Assembly: GCA_032718475.1 (NCBI GenBank)
Contig: JAUCBJ010003262.1
Coordinates: 1-54,160, forward strand
Length of the DNA stretch: 54,160 nt
Direction of reading: 5' to 3'
DNA from: Nemertoderma westbladi
Lineage: Eukaryota; Animalia; Xenacoelomorpha
Positions 36,185 through 47,300 of the stretch are shown here, piece after piece. Made by a program: the position numbers and the translations under genes. Under the pieces are notes generated by a model that did not search any database, was not told where the DNA came from, and was given only the letters and a program-made list of their open reading frames with translations. Every line of letters starts with the position of its first letter. Position 1 is the first letter of the stretch.

Positions 36185-38108
36185 TAATTGAAGAGATACG
36201 CCTATTCCTACTATCGGAAGAGACGGTAACAATACCTGCAATATCCTACTGTAAAGTTTGTAAATCAAATCATAAATCCGACCTCCTCACCAAAACAGTA
36301 AACTCTAAGTAAGCGAATATATTGCAGTATCGATCTCTTATAACCGGTGAGGCAGAAAACAGTCTACGAGCAGACAAACTTCGATAAAACAAAATCCCGC
36401 GCAGCGAATCCTAAAATCAGGCTGACTCACTGACGGACTAAGGGGCTCGTATACTTTGCCGCGGTGTGATTTATATGGTTGGGCAAAGGGACGCTAGCTA
36501 GGTATAGAGCAGATTTGGAGATGTCTAACTAGCGGGCAAAGCACAGTACGGACAAAGTTAATTTTATATATTTCGAGGTGTAAATAATTTCTAACGCGCG
36601 TGTGTTAATTCTGAACGGTCAAAACAGTTTTGCTCCTTCACATATATAATTACTGGGTACGGTGTGCATTTTACGAATATTCTAATTTTGTAACTTGTAG
36701 GTCCAATACTCACGAATGGTAAGGTTCCTTCCCCTCTTGCGTATTTCCAGGACTCAAATTCAGGCATAAGGTTAATACTACGCCCAGAATTCGGCAATTT
36801 TAGGTACCAGGTCCCTGATACTAAGAAGAGATGTGTTAGTTTACTACTGTAGGCGTACAGGTACTAATAGCTATCCTGGCTCCTATCTAGAATTTTAGTC
36901 ACCCAGGTAGTCCGGGTAACTTCCTATTAGGGCGTTGGCGGGGACACGGTAGATGTTAGTATATCCCTGATAGCCTCAATTTATTTGCGCCTAGTGTAAA
37001 CTGCCCTACCGCCTGAACGGTACAATCCCAATTCAGGTGAAAACACAGCAACCCCCCTAGCCTACAAGTTCTGATGTAATGGACACTGTCGTACTGCAAA
37101 TAGTCGCACACACACCTGTACTTAGCAAGAGTTAAGCGTACAGTTTGCTGCACCCTAACCAATGTGTATGCCTTGTACCGGTGTGCCTACGTCCTATCTG
37201 CGTACTAGTATCTGCTCTCTCTCCCTCCCCCCCGTAGGAATGTGAAGGTCTACTGTGGGTTTTCCTGAATCAAGACAGTACAGTCCCTATGATGTAATTT
37301 TAGGCTTGCAGCGTGTCACTACGTCTACCTTTTGATCTTTTGGTCTTATACTTAGGTAGCAAGGATCGAACGCTGTCTAACCTTTCAGGCGATGGGCGAA
37401 TAACTTTAAATGGTATTGCGGGTTGTCTCTCGTCTACATTCCCGTGATGTTCCCGTTCATTGCTGCGGCCCGATCTCTAGCCGGCCATCCTGTCCCTGAG
37501 TTTGTTCACCGTAGTGAATTCATAGTAAAACAGAAAAGCTGAGAGAATATTCTGACTTTATTACAGAAGACACAATTATAATACAATGTAATCTGAGAAT
37601 AAACTAAGCACGACAGAATATTGATAAGATAATCTGAGAAAGATTGAGATATAAGATTGAGATTGTGATAACTAATGAACGAATCGCACCTTTATATACT
37701 AAATTTGTGCTGCAATCAATCGAGAAAATTCTCGATTGTTCTATGGGTTCTAACAAGGTTTTAAAGATAGCTTATTGGTCCAGCTAATATATAACTTGCA
37801 CGACATTGGTTACAATCAAATAACTACAGCCTTATTGGTACAGACAAATGCAATTAATTTGTAGCGGTTAATTTAAATGAGTTGAAATTCTGCACAAAAA
37901 ATAATTCGCACTTACTAGGATTCGAACTCGATACCTACTACACATATAATTTCCAACGCTCTACCAACTGAGCTACTGAACCACTTGACCGATAGATACA
38001 CAATAGATAGAACCAATACTAATGAGAACTCAAAGCAATCTTTACAAAGTTAATTCGAATAAAATAAAATTTTGAAAATCCACGGCATTTAGGGAATATA
38101 ATTCTATA
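36185..38108 (-). repeat. Element 2 3' LTR
   Basis: Matches 51005-52927; only difference noticed is one extra C in the C-run near 37230. Confidence 0.97.
37896..37982 (-). ncRNA. tRNA-like Pol III cassette in U3 (3' LTR copy)
   Basis: TAGCTCAGTTGGTAGAGC D-arm / A box, GAGTTCGAATCC B box, T6 run just downstream; anticodon arm and acceptor stem not intact. Confidence 0.8.
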
Positions 38109-38122
38109 CCGCTCCATGAAAA
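38109..38122 (-). promoter_or_regulatory. Element 2 PPT position (sense TTTTCATGGAGCGG)
   Basis: Abuts the 3' LTR; similar to element 1. Confidence 0.55.
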
Positions 38123-38964
38123 CAGGATATTATCGTGCATAAAATATACGGTTTTCACCAATAATCAATCAAACTATAGAATACTTAGGGCGTACTTACA
38201 TATTTACAATTAAATTTCAAACAATACTTCCCTTTTACGTAATGATTCGATACAAAAATAATTACAAATTCAAACTTTACGTAGTTAAGGCTTTACGAAG
38301 TAAGTACAATATAAATCTAAATTAAATTCACCAATATAAATCTATTGCATCTCAGATATTGCATAAATTCAAACAATTACAAATACAAATAAATGAAAAC
38401 AATAAGAAAGGCTCGCGAGTCTTCCATCTACTATTGCATCCCAAATATTGCATAAATTTAAGTAATTACAAATACTTTCGTACCTAAATGTGGATTGCAT
38501 AAGTTTGGAATAATTACAAATATGAGTCTTTCTGAGCACAAAATTTTCTATCTAATGAAACTTTCTATTTCACTGTAAATACAAATGCTGCTTATAAAAT
38601 ATAAATTGCATAATATTCGGAACAATATAAATTGCATAAGTTCGGAATAATATAAATTGCATAAGTTCGAAATAATCACGTAAATATAAAATATAAATTC
38701 TTACTAAATATAAATCTTACTAAATATAAGTCTTTACTTAAATATAAATATAAACTGCATAAGTTTAGAATAATATAAACCTTTTGCATCTCAAATGTGA
38801 AACATAAATCTTTCAAATATAAGTTCCTTCTAAACTTTCTAAATTTCATAAATTCGGAACAATACAAATTGCATAAGTTTTCTAAATATAAAACATATAA
38901 TTCAAAATAAATCACAAATCATAAGAAAGGCCCACGAGTCTTCCGTCCACCCTTGCCCTCCCTT

Positions 38965-40479
38965 TTATCGCTTAGTAGATCGAGCCCTGCCGCGTCCTCG
39001 AAAACTGCGCACAGGTGACTTTGCTCGCGATATGGGACTAATGGGGCGAGTCACTGGTTTACTTGGGACGTTGAGAGACGGTGCAACTATTTCCTCGCAA
39101 ATTCGTCTATTTGGCATCCCAAAACCTCGACCAATTCCTCGTGACCGATCAGTTGTTGCTACAGTTGGTAGAACGTCTGGGAACGCGTGAGAAGTGGACG
39201 ACGCAGACCCAAGAGTAGCTTGCGCCCCCTGTTGATCAGCTGGTGTATGTCCCGATCCTCCTACCGGTTCTCTTGGAAGTGATACCGTATCCCGAGTAAC
39301 TCGAATGGTCGGCTCAACTCCCTTGCGTTCTTCTACATTAATAATTTTCTTTAATTGTTGGCCCACCTTCTGGACCCGTATGATCCTACCCTGCCCGTCC
39401 TCCCGAGGGTGACGTGCAGACGGCGCAACCGGAGTGGCTGGTATATTTGTCGCCTCTAGGACCTCTTCTTCCTCGAATACGCTCGCTCGTATACGTTTAT
39501 GGTAAAACGCGGCTCGGTACGCCCATGCGACGGTTAACCAAGCTCCCTTGTTCCGCTTTTCAGTTCGGAAACGATCGAATTCACCATACGTAATCCGATT
39601 AACGACTTTCTGAAAATTCCACGTGTTTTTGTTATCCGGGTGAATCTGTAACAGATACTCGCGCACCACTCGGAATCCGCTGTCGTGGGGCAAAATATCG
39701 ACAACCTCGATAAGTTCGTCATATTGAGGCATAGCGGAGATATATCCTTCCGACATCATCGTTTGAGGATTTACCGCCCAAAATCCGAGATGCGCTCTCA
39801 TCGGAAACCGTCTTCTTTGTGCCGATACATGTTCGTCGGCTAAATCTTCCCACTCATCAAATAACTTCCTCACGAGTTTTACAGATTCGTGTTCATAAGG
39901 TATGTCCCTTAGTTGGCATTCAGATGCTCGATGTCCCTTTATATTGCAATAAGTACATTGAGCCATAAATCTCCAGCAAGTATAAAAGGTATGAGACCCT
40001 TGATCCCCACACCATCCACAGATTAGCTGAGTCGTAGTAATGTGCTTTCCACTGCACTTTGCCATATGATGTCCAGCGACGCCACATTTACTACACATCG
40101 TATTGGCAGGGTACCACACTCGTTCGTATATAAGATCTCCAATCGGTCGAGCGCTTCCTCCCATACTATAATCGTAATCATCTGGGTCTATGGGTTGGTA
40201 GGTTTCTGAAGGTTGTAGGCAAACTATAGCATCTGTTGCTTCAAGTTGTCGAATCTCCGTCTGAGATTTCTTCGGGAGGTTCCTTTCTATCTCAAGAAGT
40301 TCCTCTAAAGGATCGTCGGCGATCGTAGTAGTTACTTCGAATTCATCACCAAGGTGACCGATAGGCGCGCGCGTCTGCCGTGATTCATCCGTAATTTCCA
40401 CGATACGTTCTCCTTCATAGGGTAACAATGTAAACATAGATGGTCTTTCGATAAGAGATCCCGCACAGCGAAGATACAC
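38965..40479 (-). CDS. Accessory ORF2b: triple CCHC zinc-knuckle protein with basic, disordered C-terminus
   Basis: 504-codon ORF; CSKCGVAGHHMAKC, CGWCGDQGSHTFYTC, CTYCNIKGHRASEC; no signal peptide or TM segment seen; true start uncertain (GTG 40479, ATG 40437, or frameshift). Confidence 0.85.
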   Translation of the reverse strand: MYLRCAGSLIERPSMFTLLPYEGERIVEITDESRQTRAPIGHLGDEFEVTTTIADDPLEELLEIERNLPKKSQTEIRQLEATDAIVCLQPSETYQPIDPDDYDYSMGGSARPIGDLIYERVWYPANTMCSKCGVAGHHMAKCSGKHITTTQLICGWCGDQGSHTFYTCWRFMAQCTYCNIKGHRASECQLRDIPYEHESVKLVRKLFDEWEDLADEHVSAQRRRFPMRAHLGFWAVNPQTMMSEGYISAMPQYDELIEVVDILPHDSGFRVVREYLLQIHPDNKNTWNFQKVVNRITYGEFDRFRTEKRNKGAWLTVAWAYRAAFYHKRIRASVFEEEEVLEATNIPATPVAPSARHPREDGQGRIIRVQKVGQQLKKIINVEERKGVEPTIRVTRDTVSLPREPVGGSGHTPADQQGAQATLGSASSTSHAFPDVLPTVATTDRSRGIGRGFGMPNRRICEEIVAPSLNVPSKPVTRPISPISRAKSPVRSFRGRGRARSTKR

Positions 40480-40667
40480 GTCTCGAAATATGCTAAATCC
40501 TGCTCGAGTAAAGGCATTGCTGTCTTTGCGAGCTTCGCTGTACTTTCTGATAATTCCTTTATACCAAATATAGTGTAGTCTTTGGCTCCAAATCTTTCGA
40601 ATGGCGCTGCTGCCTCCTCTTGGATATCATATCCCCATCTCGGCTCTCCTTGTATCCCTTTCTCCAT
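40332..40667 (-). CDS. Accessory ORF2a (111 aa), overlapping ORF2b
   Basis: ATG in good context ~30 nt after the splice acceptor; frame open from the acceptor. Confidence 0.55.
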   Translation of the reverse strand: MEKGIQGEPRWGYDIQEEAAAPFERFGAKDYTIFGIKELSESTAKLAKTAMPLLEQDLAYFETCIFAVRDLLSKDHLCLHCYPMKENVSWKLRMNHGRRARLSVTLVMNSK

Positions 40668-40698
40668 AATTAGGGGTGTAGTTACATAATCATTACTA

Positions 40699-40730
40699 CT
40701 AGAGGGAATACAACAGAGTTTGTAGTTAGT
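40699..40730 (-). promoter_or_regulatory. Branch point, polypyrimidine tract and 3' splice acceptor for a subgenomic mRNA
   Basis: Sense ACTAAC-TACAAA-CTCTGTTGTATTCCCTCTAG|TAG. Confidence 0.7.
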
Positions 40731-41326
40731 TGTGAGGAGACGTGAGAGTTTCGTCTGCCCTTTGGGCTCGACAACGCTCTAACCTCCTACCCATAGCCTA
40801 AGATCTAGGGTTTCGTTAATGACACGCTGCTTCTTATCTAAAATTTTTTGCCGAAATAAAAACGAATTTGGGCTAAACTGGCTGTGAGTCTAAAATACTC
40901 ACTTTTTGATCCCAAACTATTATCAGAAAATAAGCAGTCAAGAATTAGTAATACATATAGGGGAGTCTATTTTGACGTAACTTATTGAAACAAGACCGTG
41001 TAAAATTTTATTAAAATTTTAAGAAAGGCTCGCAAGTCTTCCTCTCTTGTTTCTCTAATTTTAAGTTCCACCCGACTGTACCCTGAAATCTATTCACTGG
41101 AGAAAATTTTAAAAATTTTTCAAATCCAAATGGATTGTCTAAAATTTCGAAAATGTCTCAATATTGTGAGTTCCAAGTAGAATTCCATTTCTTATACCTA
41201 CAAATCCCGCTCCTATGTGACACATAAGGGTACTACCCTCAATGTTCACATATAAAGACAATGGAATTCTACCGCTGTCCTTACTACGGTGTACAGGTAC
41301 GTGGAAATCTATTTGTAAACTCCTAA

Positions 41327-44300
41327 TTATTTACTAGTATTAGGTGGAGATTTGTAATCTCCAGACTCGTTACGAGTCTCTTCAAGAAGTACGAGACGTT
41401 GAGTCGGTCTGTCTACTGTACGACCGTCAATTGTCCGTACCGTCACAGTCCTTGTCACTCCATCCATAGATGGATGTGTGGCTAAAATGACACCTGTTAT
41501 CCAGAAGCGTCTTTTTAGATTCACTTCTGCCAACAGCACGTGATCTCCCGGCTTTAATGCGCGGGTGTTATTGTACCAGTTTGTTCTGGCAGAAATAGAG
41601 GGCAAATAATGGTTTTGCCATATTTCCCAGAATTTGTTAGCCAGTAGTTGCGTGATTTTCCACGCTTTTCTACCGTAACTGTCGCTTTCTATTGGAATAG
41701 AAATCGGCGTTAATGTCGTCGGTGCCTGCATAAGCAGGTGTGCTGGTGTTAAAGCAAACTGGGATTGTTTGTCATCGGGTACTAATACTATTGGTCTAGT
41801 ATTTAGTATTGCCTCGATTTCAACAAACAATGTTGTCAGTTGGTCGTCTGTTAATATGTGGTTTACTGGAATGACCTTTGCCATTGCTGTCTTTATAGAT
41901 CTAATCAGTCTCTCCCAGACTCCGCCTCTCCAAGGACTATCTGGAGGATTGAACTTCCAAACAATCTTGTGAGGTTGCAGTTCGTTTGAGATTTGATCAT
42001 GATCTAATTTCTTAAAGGCTCTGGCAATTTCATTCCGAGCACCAACGAAGTTTGTCCCTTGGTCTGAGTACAAGCATTTTACTAGTCCGCGTCTAGCGAT
42101 AAATCGCCGCAGTGCTAGTATAAACGCGTTGGTGGAAAGATCCATCACACGTTCAATATGAACTGCCCTACTGGACATACATGTGAAAATCAGTCCCCAG
42201 CGTTTTACTAGTATACGTCCACGTTTCGTATGTATGGGACCAAAGCAATCAATTCCAGTCTCTGTAAAAGGTGGTCTGAATGCTTGAAGTCGTGCTTGTG
42301 GTAGTTCACTCATTTCTTGGGTACCTATTCTAGAATGTACCTTTTTACAAATAATACACGTACGTGTCACTGAACTTAATGCTTTACTGGGTCTAATTAA
42401 TACAAATCTAGTACGTAAGTAGGAAAGACAGTGGTGTCTTCCAGCGTGTTTCAGATGTAAATGTGCGTCCAGTATCATTGCACGTTGTAGTTCGTGATGT
42501 TGCGGTATTATTATTGGGTACCTAAAGTTTGTGTTAAAGTCAATGTTTTGAAGCCGAGATTTATGACAAATCAAGCCATTATAAATAATCGGACTCCAAC
42601 TCAGTATCGGTGACGACTTGATTGGTTGACCTTGATTTATAGATGTGAATTCGCGCGCGAAATATCGCAGTTGGTAATGGCGAATTAATTTAATCTCACA
42701 CCTGTCAATCTCAGCCAATGTAAGTCGACGTGTAAAGTCTCGTTTGCCTTTAACGTATTGTACGAAACGTACAATCCACGCTAATTTTCGGCAAGCGTTT
42801 GACCAAGAGTCTGTTAAGTTTACGATACGGTCGACGTAAGTATTTGTGACGTCATCAGGTAAGTCAATGGAGAACTTGGAAGGTTTTGAATTACTAGAAG
42901 GGCCCACGGGTCCGCCGGTAAGTATTCCCTTGTTGACTGTTGATCCGTCCGGGTCTACAAGTAATTTGTCCTTCTTTGTCTTCTTACCTTGATTGTCGGT
43001 ACTTTGTAAGTCGATCGCTAATGGTGGTTTGAACTCTATGGGGTCAGCAGGTTTTGGTAAGCTTATTTTTCTGCCGACATTAATCCCAGGTTTCACCATG
43101 GGTTGTAAGTTCGGTATGTCTCTTGAGCGCAAAGTAACACCTGTATTTACATTAGCGTAGGTACTACCCACATCTGTAATACATGAGGTTTCACCATGCT
43201 TATGGTTGCTCAAGTGTGTCAAAATTGGTAGTTTGTCAATACAAGGCCGCTCCAATAGGGAAACTGCGGCTTTATCGTTAGTCAATACATTACTAGTGTC
43301 TAGTCGACTGTCTAGTAATGTGTCTGGCGATACGTCTGGTAACGTATCTGGTTGTTTGTCAATAGAAGGCCGCTCCAATAGGGAAACTGCGGCTTTACTG
43401 TTTGTCAGTGTGTTACTAACGTCTGGTGGAACATTTTGTGACATGTCTGTCAAAACGTCTGGTTGACCGTCTAGTAACGTGTCTGGTTGACCGTCTGGCG
43501 ATATGTCTGGTGTAGAAAGGCTCGCAAGTCTTCCTCTCTTGACCTTTGAAGTTATATCTTTCCATTTCGCCTTCGGTTTTTTCTTGAGTTTTGCCGCCGT
43601 CGTCTTTTTCTTTGTCTTCCCCTTTTTTGGTTTCTTGATTTCGGCGTCCTTAGGAATGGTGTTGGACTTGTTGTCGTACAACGGAGGCCAATCTTGTGTC
43701 GATTTCTGCAAGAACTGGGGTCCGTGTTGCCAAAACTCTTTGTTCTCCGGTTTACAGAATTCCTCAGGCATCATTCCTCGCGACGCAATATCAGCTGGGT
43801 TTTGTGGTCCGGGACAATGTCGCCAATCCTCCTTTATTGAACGGTCTAGAATTTCCGCGCGACGGTTAGCTACGAATGTCTTGAATTCGAGTGTGTCGTT
43901 GTTTATGTAAAATAAAACCAACATCGCGTCAGTCCAATAAAATATCTGTAAACTCGACTGTAGTTCTGTCTGTATGAGGTTCACGATGGTGGTTGACAGG
44001 GTCGCGGCTTGTAGCTCGGCTCGTGGTGTCATCATATACTTAGTAGGCATGGTCTTAGCCTTAGAAGTAATGAGCGAAACATCGAACTCGTCCGATTCTA
44101 CTTGTCTGCGCAAATACGCTGCCACACCAAAACCGTTGTCACTGGCGTCAGAAAAACAGTGTAGTTCCAAGTTGTCAGGAAATGTACTCTGTAATGGAAA
44201 GTAAACCCTGGGTATGAAATAATCCTCTAGTGAAGATAATTCCGCCTCCCAGGTTTTCCATAAGTCCACTTGGTCTGATGAAATCGGCTCGTCCCATGTT

Positions 44301-47300
44301 AGTCCATCCTTCCATATACTGCGCATATAAATGCGGGCTTGCAGTATCACTGGACTGATGAATCCTAACGGATCGAACAATCGGCTCAATTTTGACAAGC
44401 ATGATCTCTTGGTCAGTGTGTTTCCTTGACTGTCCAGTCTCACCTTCACTCGAAAGTTGTCTGTGTTTGGGTCCCAAAAGAGCCCCAACACCTTAGTCGT
44501 CGGTAGTGGTTCGAACTCTAGGTCTATATCACCACCTCCACGCTCAGTAGTTCCGAATGAGTCAACTAATTCGGCACTGTTTGAGGCGAATTTGGTGAGG
44601 TTAAAACCTCCGCCCGCCAAGCAGTCCCGTAATTGATGTGCTACTATTGTAGCACGTTCTACTGTGTCGCAACTTTGTAAACCATCATCAACGTAAAAGT
44701 CACGTTCTACAATTCTAATTATCTCTGGGTCATACAGATGTTTCTGATCTCTAGCGGCTTGCTTCAAGGCGTACATCGTACAATTTGGGCTGTCTCTGGC
44801 ACCGAAGACGCGAACTTGCATTTGGTAAGTCGCTGGTGGTAGACTTAAGTCTCCTTCCGGATACCAGAGGAACCGCAAACTGTCTCTGTCTCGCTCTAAC
44901 GCTTTCACTTGGTGAAACATCGCTTCAACGTCGCAAGTAAAGGCTACTTGACGCTGACGGAAGCGCATAATCACCCCCATAAGATAATTATTCATGTTCG
45001 GTCCATCCATCAACTCACTATTGAGGGACATTCCCTCAAACAGAGCCGCACAGTCATTGACTACGCGTACTTTATCTGATTTGTCGGGATGTCTCACATA
45101 GTGATGTGGCAGGTAGTATGTCTGGTCGGTCACTCGCTCCGGGTTAGTCATTCGGATAGCGTATCCCTTTGTCAAATATGTCTTCATCTGAGTGTTGTAC
45201 TGCAGATGGGCTTTCTCGTCCTTTAATAGACGTTGTCGGATTGAGTGTAGACGTCTTAAAGCCAGTGGGTAGTTATTTATAAGTTTAGGACTTTGGCTAC
45301 GCCATAACATCCCCACCTCGTAATGTCCGTCCTCCGTCTGTCGGATAGTATCCTCCATGATCTTTAGAGATTGTTTCTCCTGTTCCGACATACAAGGGTC
45401 GTAGCTACCAGGTTCAGCTGTATCTTGTTCTAACCACCTGATAGTCTTCTCCGTTAATTCTTTGTCCAAGGCGGCTTGTTCCAACTGATGAATTTTCAAC
45501 GCGTCATCGTCGATATCGATGGGCACTGTTGAGGTTATTGGGGTAGGTAGACTCGCAAGCCTATCATCTGTCGTCGATGGAATCTCTAGCTGATTCGTCT
45601 TCCCCCCAAGTCCTAGACTCACCTTGTGGGTTAGCTGCTCCTTGTGACTTATCATATTAGTTACCCGTCTGTCATGTTTTGTCGACTGTAGTGTAGTATG
45701 GTTCACGTCGTGTGAGAAGGAATGAATTGAATTTGTAGTTAATAAACTACATGTACTCTGTACATCGTCTTCCTCGTCACTTACGTCTAGTGTGCGCACA
45801 GGCGCTCGAGTATACCACCCTATCGGCGTTCTGCAGGCGTATGCGTTTCCTGCTACAACTGCCGATGGTCTGGTTTCCCACACCTGATGTAGGTTGAATT
45901 GGTCTGTCCCGATCAGCATTGCTACCGATCTATAATTGACAGGACATTCAGGTACACCAAGGTGTCTGAAATACTTACGGTCCTCCAGAGATTGTTCCGG
46001 CACTGGACCTAGTAGGTTACTAAAGTCCTTCGTGGCCGCAAAGGTTAGATCTCTAAAGGGCAACAAAGACCTCTCCCTCTCGCTGTGTTGCGATTTTGGA
46101 AGAAGAGAGTCTAAGTCCAACTTAACTCGTGTCACTGGTATTGCACGCTGTCCGTGCATACTACTTACTGTATAACTGACGTGCTTACCTTGTCTAAGAT
46201 CTGTTACGACGTCAGCTATCTTTTCGTCCACGTAGCTATGGGATGAGGCTGAATCTAGAATCGCATAGATCCTCTTGCTCCCTTTTGTGCCAGTAACCTT
46301 GATCGGGATTACACTGAATCCCTTCAGTTGATCAGTAGTCAGGAGCGCGATCGACGGTTGTTCGTCTCCATTGGAATATTCGTCATCGTCTTCTGATTCT
46401 TCGTCCGACGATCCGGATTGTTCTGAGAAGCAATCCTCAATATGTGTCACGAAGGTCGGAGTCGTTTTCGATTCTCGTTTTCGGTAGGCCGCATCGCATC
46501 TCGCTGCTGCTTCCGGGTGTTCCCTGGCGAAGCGTTTCGTCGGCGTGTGGCTGTCTGTGTGGAGCAGACCGTCATGGTTGCGTCCACAGGATGGACAAGT
46601 GTCGGTATTTGGGCAATCCTTGCGCACGTGTCCGTGTCGCGTACACCGCCAACAAGAGTCCAGTGGCCGTATCTGCAGCCGTCGTTCTTCCGAGTTCAAC
46701 TCGCGAAATTGTCGACAACCTCGTAACTTGTGACCAATATACCGCTTACCTAGATGTTCGCAGTATTGGCAGCCGTTGAAGTCGGTGCTGAGTTGCTGTC
46801 TCGTCTGTTTCGTCCCAATGGGCGCAGATACTCTATTACCGTCTGAGAATTGTCGTGATTCCGTCGGTGTGGCGTAAGTGGCCGTCTTTGTGGATGTTGT
46901 CTGGGGTTTTTGTCGGTTGGAGGATGGCAGTGTGATTCCTTCTGCCACGATATGTTGGTCGGTGTAGTTAGATCGAGTTTCTACTACCGCCTCCCTGGAT
47001 ATTAAAAGGTACACATCTTCTAATTTTAGGAATCCTCCCCGCTCCTCTCGCTGGTATTCGACCTTCCTCCATTCCCGACGAAGTCGATGGTGGAGTCGTC
47101 CTATTATCTTTAATAGAACTGTAGGGGTATTCCCGTAATCAAGTTGTCCAATTGATCTTAAGGTAGTGATAGCGTTCTTGATCTCGTCAGCTAGTTTTAG
47201 TAAGTCGACGGGTTTAGTGATAGCCCCTCCCTTACAGAGTTCTTCTATTACTGACCTGGCCATACTCACTGTACCTCCGTATATCGAAGTCAAACGATCG

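Noticed and set aside
37906-37982. Functional tRNA gene, or self-encoded tRNA primer
   Set aside because: Acceptor stem and anticodon arm do not pair, and its 3' end is not complementary to the PBS
38965-40479. Envelope gene
   Set aside because: No signal peptide or TM anchor seen; cysteines are in CCHC knuckle spacing
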